In this document: positions 1 through 12,490 of the stretch, piece after piece
Layout: each line of letters opens with the position of its first letter
Position numbering within the stretch: the first letter of the stretch is position 1
Origin: Bugula neritina
Lineage: Eukaryota > Animalia > Bryozoa
Reading direction: 5' to 3'
NCBI GenBank assembly: GCA_964035545.1
Contig: OZ037770.1
Location: 1-64,000, forward strand
DNA length: 64,000 nucleotides
The notes under the pieces: generated by a model
The model's database searches: none
Seen by the model: only the letters and a program-made list of their open reading frames with translations
Told to the model about the DNA's origin: nothing
Position numbers and translations under genes: made by a program

Positions 1-3000
1 CCCAACCCAAACCCATCCCAAACCCCAAACCCCAAACCCCAAACCCCAAACCCAAACCCCAAACCCCATACCCCAAACCCAAACCCCAAACCCCAAACCC
101 CAAACCCCAAACCCCAAACCCAACCCCAAACCCCAAACCAAACCCCAAACCCCAAACCCCAAACCCCAAAACCCCAAACCCCAAACCCCAAACCCCAAAA
201 CCCCAAACCCCAAACCCAACCCAAACCCCAACCCAACCCCAAACCCCAAACCCAAACCCCAAACCCCAAACCCCAAACCCCAAACCCCAAACCCCAAACC
301 CCAACCCCAAACCCCAAACCCCAAACCCCAAACCCCAAACCCCAAACCACCCAAACCCCAAACCCCAAACCCCCAAACCCCAAACCCCAAACCCCAAACC
401 CCAAACCCCAAACCCCAAACCCCAAACCCCAAACCCCAAACCCCAAACCCCAAACCCCAAACCCCAAACCCCAAACCCCAAACCCCAAACCCCAAACCCC
501 AAACCCCAAACCCCAAACCCCAAACCCAAACCCCAAACCCCAAACCCCAAACCCCAAACCCCAAACCCCAAACCCCAAACCCCAAACCCCAAACCCCAAA
601 CCCCAAACCCCAAACCCCAAACCCCAAACCCCAAACCCCAAACCCCAAACCCCAAACCCAAACCCCAAACCCAAACCCCAAACCCCAAACCCCAAACCCC
701 AAACCCCAAACCCCAAACCCCAAACCCCAAACCCCAAACCCCAAACCCCAAACCCCAAACCCCAAACCCCAAACCCCAAACCCCAAACCCAAACCCCAAA
801 CCCAAACCCCAAACCCCAAACCCCAAACCCCAAACCCCAAACCCCAAACCCCCAAACCCCAAACCCCAAACCCCAAACCCCAAACCCCAAACCCCAAACC
901 CCAAACCCCAAACCCCAAACCCCAAACCCCAAACCCCAAACCCCAAACCCCAAACCCCAAACCCCAAACCCCAAACCCCAAACCCCAAACCCCAAACCCC
1001 AAACCCCAAACCCCAAACCCCAAACCCCAAACCCCAAACCCCAAACCCCAAACCCCAAACCCCAAACCCCAAACCCCAAACCCCAAACCCCAAACCCCAA
1101 ACCCCAAACCCCAAACCCCAAACCCCAAACCCCAAAGCCCCAAACCCCAAACCCCAAACCCCAAACCCCAAACCCCAACCCCAAACCCCAAACCCCAAAC
1201 CCCAAACCCCAAACCCCAAACCCCAAACCCCAAACCCCAAACCCCAAACCCCAAACCCCAAACCCCAAACCCCAAACCCAAACCCCAAACCCCAAACCCC
1301 AAACCCCAAACCCCAAACCCCAAACCCCAAACCCAAACCCCAAACCCCAAACCCCAAACCCCCAAACCCAAACCCCAAACCCCAAACCCCAAACCCCAAA
1401 CCCCAAACCCCAAACCCCAAACCCCAAACCCCAAACCCCAAACCCCAAACCCAAACCCCAAACCCCAAACCCCAAACCCCAAACCCCAAACCCCAATCCC
1501 CAAACCCCAAACCCCAAACCCCAAACCCCAAACCCCAAACCCCAAACCCCAAACCCCAAACCCCAAACCCCAAACCCCAAACCCCAAACCCAAACCCCAA
1601 ACCCCAAACCCCAAACCCCAAACCCCAAACCCCAAACCCCAAACCCCAAACCCCAAACCCCAAACCCCAAACCCCAAACCCCAAACCCCAAACCCCAAAC
1701 CCCAAACCCCAAACCCCAAACCCCAAACCCCAAACCCCAAACCCCAAACCCCAAACCCCAAACCCCAAACCCCAAACCCCAAACCCCAACCCCAAACCCC
1801 AAACCCCAAACCCCAAACCCCAAACCCCAAACCCCAAACCCCAAACCCCAAACCCCAAACCCCAAACCCCAAACCCCAAACCCCAAACCCCAAACCCCAA
1901 ACCCCAAACCCCAAACCCCAAACCCCAAACCCCAAACCCCAAACCCCAAACCCAAACCCCAAACCCCAAACCCCAAACCCCAAACCCCAAACCCCAAACC
2001 CCAAACCCCAAACCCCAAACCCCAAACCCCAAACCCCAAACCCCAAACCCCAAACCCCAAACCCCAAACCCCAAACCCCAAACCCCAAACCCCAAACCCC
2101 AAACCCCAAACCCCAAACCCCAAACCCCAAACCCCAAACCCAAACCCCAAACCCCAAACCCCAAACCCCAAACCCCAAACCCCAAACCCCAAACCCCAAA
2201 CCCCAAACCCCAAACCCCAAACCCCAAACCCCAAACCCCAAACCCCAAACCCCAAACCCCAAACCCCAAACCCCAAACCCCAAACCCCAAACCCCAAACC
2301 CCAAACCCCAAACCCCAAACCCCAAACCCCAAACCCCAAACCCCAAACCCCAAACCCCAAACCCCAAACCCCAAACCCCAAACCCAAACCCCAAACCCCA
2401 AACCCCAAACCCCAAACCCAAACCCCAAACCCCAAACCCCAAACCCCAAACCCCAAACCCCAAACCCCAAACCCCAAACCCCAAACCCCAAACCCCAAAC
2501 CCCAAACCCCAAACCCCAAACCCCAAACCCCAAACCCCAAACCCCAAACCCCAAACCCCAAACCCCAAACCCAAAACCCCAAACCCCAAACCCCAAACCC
2601 CAAACCCCAAACCCCAAACCCCAAACCCCAAACCCCAAACCCCAAACCCCAAACCCCAAACCCCAAACCCCAAACCCCAAACCCCAAACCCCAAACCCCA
2701 AACCCCAAACCCCAAACCCCAAACCCCAAACCCCAAACCCCAAACCCCAAACCCCAAACCCCAAACCCCAAACCCCAAACCCCAAACCCCAAACCCCAAA
2801 CCCCAAACCCCAAACCCCAAACCCCAAACCCCAAACCCCAAACCCCAAACCCCAAACCCCAAACCCCAAACCCCAAACCCCAAACCCCAAACCCCAAACC
2901 CCAAACCCCAAACCCCAAACCCCAAACCCCAAACCCCAAACCCCAAACCCCAAACCCCAAACCCCAAACCCCAAACCCCAAACCCCAAACCCCAAACCCC

Positions 3001-6000
3001 AAACCCCAAACCCCAAACCCCAAACCCCAAACCCCAAACCCCAAACCCCAAACCCCAAACCCCAAACCCCAAACCCCAAACCCCAAACCCCAAACCCCAA
3101 CCCCAAACCCCAAACCCCAAACCCCAACCCCAAACCCCAAACCCCAAACCCCAAACCCCAAACCCCAAACCCCAAACCCCAAACCCCAAACCCAAACCCC
3201 AAACCCCAAACCCCAAACCCCAAACCCCAAACCCCAAACCCCAAACCCCAAACCCCAAACCCCAAACCCCAAACCCCAAACCCCAACCCCAAACCCCAAA
3301 CCCCAAACCCCAAACCCCAAACCCCAAACCCCAAACCCCAACCCCAAACCCCAAACCCCAAACCCCAAACCCCAAACCCCAAACCCCAAACCCCAAACCC
3401 CAAACCCCAAACCCCAAACCCCAAACCCCAAACCCCAAACCCCAAACCCCAAACCCCAAACCCCAAACCCCAAACCCCAAACCCCAAACCCCAAACCCCA
3501 AACCCCAAACCCCAAACCCCAAACCCCAAACCCCAAACCCCAAACCCCAAACCCCAAACCCCAAACCCCAAACCCCAAACCCAAACCCCAAACCCCAAAC
3601 CCCAAACCCCAAACCCCAAACCCAAACCCCAAACCCCAAACCCCAAACCCCAAACCCCAAACCCCAAACCCCAAACCCCAAACCCCAAACCCCAAACCCC
3701 AAACCCCAAACCCCAAACCCCAAACCCCAAACCCCAAACCCCAAACCCCAAACCCCAAACCCCAAACCCCAAACCCCAAACCCCAAACCCCAAACCCCAA
3801 ACCCCAAACCCCAAACCCCAAACCCCAAACCCCAAACCCCAAACCCCAAACCCCAAACCCCAAACCCCAAACCCCAAACCCCAAACCCCAAACCCCAAAC
3901 CCCAAACCCCAAACCCCAAACCCCAAACCCCAAACCCCAAACCCAAACCCCAAACCCCAAACCCCAAACCCCAAACCCCAAACCCCAAACCCCAAACCCC
4001 AAACCCCAAACCCCAAACCCCAAACCCCAAACCCCAAACCCAAACCCCAAACCCCAAACCCCAACCCCAAACCCCAAACCCCAAACCCCAAACCCCAAAC
4101 CCCAAACCCCAAACCCCAAACCCCAAACCCCTAACCCCAAACCCCAAACCCAAACCCCAAACCCCAAACCCCAAACCCCAAACCCCAAACCCCAAACCCC
4201 AAACCCCAAACCCCAAACCCCAAACCCCAAACCCCAAACCCCAAACCCCAAACCCCAAACCCCAAACCCCAAACCCCAAACCCCAAACCCCAAACCCCAA
4301 ACCCCAAACCCCAAACCCCAAACCCCAAACCCCAAACCCCAACCCCAAACCCCAAACCCCAAACCCCAAACCCCAAACCCCAAACCCCAAACCCCAAACC
4401 CCAAACCCCAAACCCCAAACCCCAAACCCCAAACCCCAAACCCCAAACCCCAAACCCCAAACCCCAAACCCCAAACCCCAAACCCCAAACCCCAAACCCC
4501 AAACCCCAAACCCCAAACCCCAAACCCCAAACCCCAAACCCCAACCCCAAACCCCAAACCCCAAACCCCAAACCCCAAACCCCAAACCCCAAACCCCAAA
4601 CCCCAAACCCCAAACCCCAAACCCCAAACCCCAAACCCCAAACCCCAAACCCCAAACCCCAAACCCCAAACCCCAAACCCCAAACCCCAAACCCCAAACC
4701 CCAAACCCCAAACCCCAAACCCCAAACCCCAAACCCCAAACCCCAAACCCCAAACCCCAAACCCCAAACCCCAAACCCCAAACCCCAAACCCCAAACCCC
4801 AAACCCCAAACCCCAAACCCCAAACCCCAAACCCCAAACCCCAAACCCCAAACCCCAAACCCCAAACCCCAAACCCCAAACCCCAAACCCCAAACCCCAA
4901 ACCCCAAACCCCAAACCCCAAACCCCAAACCCCAAACCCCAAACCCCAAACCCCAAACCCCAAACCCCAAACCCCAAACCCCCAAACCCCAAACCCCAAA
5001 CCCCAAACCCCAAACCCCAAACCCCAAACCCCAAACCCCAAACCCCAAACCCCAAACCCCAAACCCCAAACCCCAAACCCCAAACCCCAAACCCCAAACC
5101 CCAAACCCCAAACCCCAAACCCCAAACCCCAAACCCCAAACCCCAAACCCCAAACCCCAAACCCCAAACCCCAAACCCCAACCCCAAACCCCAAACCCCA
5201 AACCCCAAACCCCAAACCCCAAACCCCAAACCCCAAACCCCAAACCCCAAACCCCAAACCCCAAACCCCAAACCCCAAACCCCAAACCCCAAACCCCAAA
5301 CCCCAAACCCCAAACCCCAAACCCCAAACCCCAAACCCCAAACCCCAAACCCCAAACCCCAACCCCAAACCCCAAACCCCAAACCCCAAACCCCAAACCC
5401 CAAACCCCAAACCCCAAACCCCAAACCCCAAACCCCAAACCCCAAACCCCAAACCCCAAACCCCAAACCCCAAACCCCAAACCCCAAACCCCAAACCCCA
5501 AACCCCAAACCCCAAACCCCAAACCCCAAACCCCAAACCCCAAACCCCAAACCCCAAACCCCAAACCCCAAACCCCAAACCCCAAACCCCAAACCCCAAA
5601 CCCCAAACCCCAAACCCCAAACCCCAAACCCCAAACCCCAAACCCCAAACCCCAAACCCCAAACCCCAAACCCCAAACCCCAAACCCCAAACCCCAAACC
5701 CCAAACCCCAAACCCCAAACCCCAAACCCCAAACCCCAAACCCCAAACCCCAAACCCCAAACCCCAACCCCAAACCCCAAACCCCAAACCCCAAACCCCA
5801 AACCCCAAACCCCAAACCCCAAACCCCAAACCCCAAACCCCAAACCCCAACCCCAAACCCCAAACCCCAAACCCCAAACCCCAAACCCCAAACCCCAAAC
5901 CCCAAACCCCAAACCCCAAACCCCAAACCCCAAACCCCAAACCCCAAACCCCAAACCCCAAACCCCAAACCCCAAACCCCAAACCCCAAACCCCAAACCC

Positions 6001-9000
6001 CAAACCCCAAACCCCAAACCCCAAACCCCAAACCCCAAACCCCAAACCCCAAACCCCAAACCCCAAACCCCAAACCCCAAACCCCAAACCCCAAACCCCA
6101 AACCCCAAACCCCAAACCCCAAACCCCAAACCCCAAACCCCAAACCCCAAACCCCAAACCCCAAACCCCAAACCCCAAACCCCAAACCCCAAACCCCAAA
6201 CCCCAAACCCCAAACCCCAAACCCCAAACCCCAAACCCCAAACCCCAAACCCCAAACCCCAAACCCCAAACCCCAAACCCCAAACCCCAAACCCCAAACC
6301 CCAAACCCCAAACCCCAAACCCCAAACCCCAAACCCCAAACCCCAAACCCCAACCCCAAACCCCAAACCCCAACCCCAAACCCCAAACCCCAAACCCCAA
6401 ACCCCAAACCCCAAACCCCAAACCCCAAACCCCAAACCCCAAACCCCAAACCCCAAACCCCAAACCCCAAACCCCAAACCCCAAACCCCAAACCCCAAAC
6501 CCCAAACCCCAAACCCCAAACCCCAAACCCCAAACCCCAAACCCCAAACCCCAAACCCCAAACCCCAAACCCCAAACCCCAAACCCCAAACCCCAAACCC
6601 CAAACCCCAAACCCCAAACCCCAAACCCCAAACCCCAAACCCCAAACCCCAAACCCCAAACCCCAAACCCCAAACCCCAAACCCCAAACCCCAAACCCCA
6701 AACCCCAAACCCCAAACCCCAAACCCCAAACCCCAAACCCCAAACCCCAAACCCCAAACCCCAAACCCCAAACCCCAAACCCCAAACCCCAAACCCCAAA
6801 CCCCAAACCCCAAACCCCAAACCCCAAACCCCAAACCCCAAACCCCAAACCCCAAACCCCAAACCCCAAACCCCAAACCCCAAACCCCAAACCCCAAACC
6901 CCAAACCCCAAACCCCAAACCCCAAACCCCAAACCCCAAACCCCAAACCCCAAACCCCAAACCCCAAACCCCAAACCCCAAACCCCAAACCCCAAACCCC
7001 AAACCCCAAACCCCAAACCCCAAACCCCAAACCCCAAACCCCAAACCCCAAACCCCAAACCCCAAACCCCAAACCCCAAACCCCAAACCCCAAACCCCAA
7101 ACCCCAAACCCCAAACCCCAAACCCCAAACCCCAAACCCCAAACCCCAAACCCCAAACCCCAAACCCCAAACCCCAAACCCCAAACCCCAAACCCCAAAC
7201 CCCAAACCCCAAACCCCAAACCCCAAACCCCAAACCCCAAACCCCAAACCCCAAACCCCAAACCCCAAACCCCAAACCCCAAACCCCAAACCCCAAACCC
7301 CAAACCCCAAACCCCAAACCCCAAACCCCAAACCCCAAACCCCAAACCCCAAACCCCAAACCCCAAACCCCAAACCCCAAACCCCAAACCCCAAACCCCA
7401 AACCCCAAACCCCAAACCCCAAACCCCAAACCCCAAACCCCAAACCCCAAACCCCAAACCCCAAACCCCAAACCCCAAACCCCAAACCCCAAACCCCAAA
7501 CCCCAAACCCCAAACCCCAAACCCCAAACCCCAAACCCCAAACCCCAAACCCCAAACCCCAAACCCCAACCCCCAAACCCCAACCCCAACCCCAACCCCA
7601 ACCCCAAACCCCAAACCCCAAACCCCAAACCCCAAACCCCAAACCCCAAACCCCAACCCCACCCCAAACCCCAAACCCCCAACCCCAAACCCCAAACCCC
7701 AAACCCCAAACCCCAACCCCAAACCCCAAACCCCAAACCCCAACCCCACCCCAACCCCAAACCCCAAACCCCAAACCCCAAACCCCAACCCCAAACCCCA
7801 AACCCCAAACCCCAAACCCCAAACCCCAAACCCCAAACCCCAACCCCACCCCAAACCCCAAACCCCAAACCCCAAACCCCAAACCCCAAACCCCAAACCC
7901 CAAACCCCAACCCCCAACCCCCAAACCCCAAACCCCAAACCCCAACCCCCAACCCCAAACCCCAAACCCCAAACCCCAAACCCCAAACCCCAAACCCCAA
8001 ACCCCAAACCCCAAACCCCAAACCCCAAACCCCAAACCCCAAACCCCAAACCCCAAACCCCAAACCCCAAACCCCAAACCCCAAACCCCAAACCCCAAAC
8101 CCCAAACCCCAAACCCCAAACCCCAAACCCCAAACCCCAAACCCCAAACCCCAAACCCCAAACCCCAAACCCCAAACCCCAAACCCCAAACCCCAAACCC
8201 CAAACCCCAAACCCCAAACCCCAAACCCCAAACCCCAAACCCCAAACCCCAAACCCCAAACCCCAAACCCCAAACCCCAAACCCCAAACCCCAAACCCCA
8301 AACCCCAAACCCCAAACCCCAAACCCCAAACCCCAAACCCCAAACCCCAAACCCCAAACCCCAAACCCCAAACCCCAAACCCCAAACCCCAAACCCCAAA
8401 CCCCAAACCCCAAACCCCAAACCCCAAACCCCAAACCCCAAACCCCAAACCCCAAACCCCAAACCCCAAACCCCAAACCCCAAACCCCAAACCCCAAACC
8501 CCAAACCCCAAACCCCAAACCCCAAACCCCAAACCCCAAACCCCAAACCCCAAACCCCAAACCCCAAACCCCAAACCCCAAACCCCAAACCCCAAACCCC
8601 AAACCCCAAACCCCAAACCCCAAACCCCAAACCCCAAACCCCAAACCCCAAACCCCAAACCCCAAACCCCAAACCCCAAACCCCAAACCCCAAACCCCAA
8701 ACCCCAAACCCCAAACCCCAAACCCCAAACCCCAAACCCCAAACCCCAAACCCCAAACCCCAAACCCCAAACCCCAAACCCCAAACCCCAAACCCCAAAC
8801 CCCAAACCCCAAACCCCAAACCCCAAACCCCAAACCCCAAACCCCAAACCCCAAACCCCAAACCCCAAACCCCAAACCCCAAACCCCAAACCCCAAACCC
8901 CAAACCCCAAACCCCAAACCCCAAACCCCAAACCCCAAACCCCAAACCCCAAACCCCAAACCCCAAACCCCAAACCCCAAACCCCAAACCCCAAACCCCA

Positions 9001-9892
9001 AACCCCAAACCCCAAACCCCAAACCCCAAACCCCAAACCCCAAACCCCAAACCCCAAACCCCAAACCCCAAACCCCAAACCCCAAACCCCAAACCCCAAA
9101 CCCCAAACCCCAAACCCCAAACCCCAAACCCCAAACCCCAAACCCCAAACCCCAAACCCCAAACCCCAAACCCCAAACCCCAAACCCCAAACCCCAAACC
9201 CCAAACCCCAAACCCCAAACCCCAAACCCCAAACCCCAAACCCCAAACCCCAAACCCCAAACCCCAAACCCCAAACCCCAAACCCCAAACCCCAAACCCC
9301 AAACCCCAAACCCCAAACCCCAAACCCCAAACCCCAAACCCCAAACCCCAAACCCCAAACCCCAAACCCCAAACCCCAAACCCCAAACCCCAAACCCCAA
9401 ACCCCAAACCCCAAACCCCAAACCCCAAACCCCAAACCCCAAACCCCAAACCCCAAACCCCAAACCCCAAACCCCAAACCCCAAACCCCAAACCCCAAAC
9501 CCCAAACCCCAAACCCCAAACCCCAAACCCCAAACCCCAAACCCCAAACCCCAAACCCCAAACCCCAAACCCCAAACCCCAAACCCCAAACCCCAAACCC
9601 CAAACCCCAAACCCCAAACCCCAAACCCCAAACCCCAAACCCCAAACCCCAAACCCCAAACCCCAAACCCCAAACCCCAAACCCCAAACCCCAAACCCCA
9701 AACCCCAAACCCCAAACCCCAAACCCCAAACCCCAAACCCCAAACCCCAAACCCCAAACCCCAAACCCCAAACCCCAAACCCCAAACCCCAAACCCCAAA
9801 CCCCAAACCCCAAACCCCAAACCCCAAACCCCAAACCCCAAACCCCAAACCCCAAACCCCAAACCCCAAACCCCAAACCCCAAACCCCAAAC
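1..9892 (-). repeat. Telomeric array (TTTGGGG)n; reads (CCCCAAA)n on + strand; ~1400 units
   Basis: 7-bp repeat from base 1 with the C-rich strand 5'->3' at the sequence start, the orientation expected at a left chromosome end. Ends abruptly at ...CCCCAAAC|TCTCAGC. Confidence 0.97.
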
Positions 9893-10379
9893 TCTCAGCA
9901 ACTCAGCAACTTCAAGCTTACATATGGCCAGTATTCCAAACTCGTAATCAGATACATAATGCTGCACTGATTTGATGAGGAGTTAATTTAGCAGATGGCA
10001 GTGATCGAGGTTAACATACCACTTACATAACCTCCCATTCGGTGGTTCTGTATACAACTTCACTTTTCTATCATATCTTACAGGCACTCTTCAGCATGTT
10101 AGAGTTATCCTCATTTTAAATTGAATGAAACTTGTCATATTTCAAAGTATATTGGCCTCATGGTTTATTTAATATTTAATGCTTTTTAGGGCTTTGCTTT
10201 TTAAACTTAATGCTTCACCCACTCTCTTCTATTGCTGATCAATGAATTATCTTAATATTATACACTTAATCTATAGCTCGCACCCTCTTCAGTATGTTGT
10301 CATTTTCAATACTTGTTCAACTAATGGACAGCCGCTATTCACAGTTCATGGATTATAAAGCCGTGCACGGCCAGTCATG

Positions 10380-10496
10380 CATCACGATACATGACGTAAC
10401 AACCACGTGTTCAATCGTGGTTCTAATTGGATTGCCAGTCATCATTCATTCGGCTGAACCTACATTGATGTCTTCTGCAAGTTCTGTTCTGCCGAG
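10380..10496 (+). promoter_or_regulatory. Candidate Pol II promoter and first exon pointing away from the telomere
   Basis: Locally CpG-rich patch with TGACGTAA (10392), CACGTG (10404) and ATTGG (10426), followed by GAG|GTAATA donor at 10496/10497 and an AT-rich intron-like stretch. Confidence 0.35.
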
Positions 10497-12149
10497 GTAA
10501 TAATATGTTTGTATTAACTGCTAATTCAATTAAATTTCAAGACCCGGCTCATTGGATTTAATTTTGATCGCTTTCATTTTATGTTTAACTTCATCATTAT
10601 GATTATGTTAGTAATAGCAATACTAAGTCTATTGACTTAGGTAATGCTATTAGTATTAGAATAATAGTAGCTCACTCGACTATTGTTAGTAGTTTTAGTA
10701 TCTACTATTACTAACACAAATACTTGCACTAACACTAACAGTAACAGTAAGAGTAATATTAATAGTTATAGTATTAGTTGTCATTTCTGTTTTGATTATC
10801 AGAATAAATATCAATATGATATTGATAGTCCTAGGTAACAAAAGTCGATAATGATTATAATGTCAACTTTTCTTATACCTTAATAATTATAATCATAACT
10901 GCAATGCCTAATGATTATCATTATGATAATAATTTAAATTATGATATTGATTATTATTCTCATTTTCATTCTCTTCCAGTCTCCCGTTTTATTTTATTTT
11001 CCCATAACTCTGGTAACTTATAGTTATACGCATGACTATGACCATGAGGCATAATTGTAATGAAATGTTATTTCAAGTTGGGTGTTTTTATTTGTATTTC
11101 GTTCGTCTAGTTTTAGTACTTGTTCTAGTCTCTTGGAAATGGGGTTTTATGCATATTGATTTTCATTATTATAATCTCTACTATTTTACTTTTTTACCAT
11201 CACTATATGACTACGAAAATTTATATTCATCATTCAAATTGATAATATGAATAAAGTAAAAATTTTACTCCATTAGTTTTGTTTGTTTTTATACTAGTGA
11301 CAAACAGGTAATGGTAATATAGAAATATAATCTGTTTTGTATTTTCATACTCGAGTTTATGTAATATTAAAATGGTAATTTGTTCCTATTTTTCATTCAT
11401 TTAAGTTACTCAGTTTGAGCTCATTTTCAGTTCAAAATCATTTAATTTGCATGTATTATGATTCACTCATTTTGAGTTTTGACAATTTATTCCCTCATCC
11501 CCTATTAAGTATTTTCATACAATTTAAACACCATGATCATGCTCAGATTTTGCCAAAGTTGATTTTTTTAAATCACTACTCAATATCTCGAGGCAATCAG
11601 TTTCACCATTACGGCCTGCTTCTTGTAATCTACTGTATTTGATGAATAGGGTTTACAAAGTCAGTAATGATTCTAATGTATCACTTCATCTGCTGTATTC
11701 AGATTAGTAACACATGCAGGCAGTAGAATGCTTTTATGACAATTGTCTTCACTTCACTCTGCTTCACTTTTGCCATTTCTGTCTGTTCCCGGTTTCTCAG
11801 ATTTGTGTAAAAGCTTTTTTTTGTTTCTTCTAAGTATTTTTATGTTAGTTCTCTTCAGTTTTTCAGTTCAAACCTCAAACCCCATTTCGCAAATTCTCTA
11901 ATATTGTAAAACATACCAAATTTTCCATCTGTTTAAGTTTCTGATTCACATTTTGAATATTCTAGTTATTTGTAGAGGAAATTTGCAGTCTTTTCTAAAT
12001 ATCATTTACACCCCTGTATAATTACATATCCATTATGTTGTGTGTTTTTGATTATAATCAATAATGTACCATACTGTTTCACGTGATGTTATAATTTTAT
12101 TATCAACTAACTCTGCTAATGGAAATTTGTTCAGCTTGCTGCTTGCTCT

Positions 12150-12316
12150 TAATGTAGTTGTCTTCTCTTGTTTTCTTGAAGTTCCATTATGAAGTTATCT
12201 TCTTTTGTTTTCCTGAACTTTCATAATGTAGTTGTCTTCTCCTGTTTTCTTACAGCTCCATTATATAATTGTCTTCTCTCAATTTCTTGTAATATGATGA
12301 GGTAGTTGTCTTCTCT
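12150..12316. repeat. Degenerate ~37-bp tandem repeat, 4-5 copies
   Basis: Recurrent (T)AATGTAGTTGTCTTCTC-TGTTTTCTT core. Confidence 0.65.
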
Positions 12317-12490
12317 AGGATATTCAAAGGCTCACGCTTTCAAATTGTCTGCTCTGTCAGCAAGAATAGTTTGATCAGTTTATTGTGACTCAGCAGCCTT
12401 CAGACTAGGGAAGTATTTTGTTCTTACTTGGTATCTATTTTCAGCTTGCTGGTAACAATCAGGTTTATTTGCTAGCTTTATTATTTATCA

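Noticed and set aside
1-4140. Scattered variant units in the distal telomere, including one CCCCTAA (TTAGGGG) at 4128-4134
   Set aside because: Isolated indels and substitutions increase toward the tip, as expected from low-coverage consensus error; not evidence of a TTAGGG relic.
4131-9890. 1919-aa GLGFGVW-repeat ORF
   Set aside because: Translation of the stop-free telomeric repeat; not a gene.
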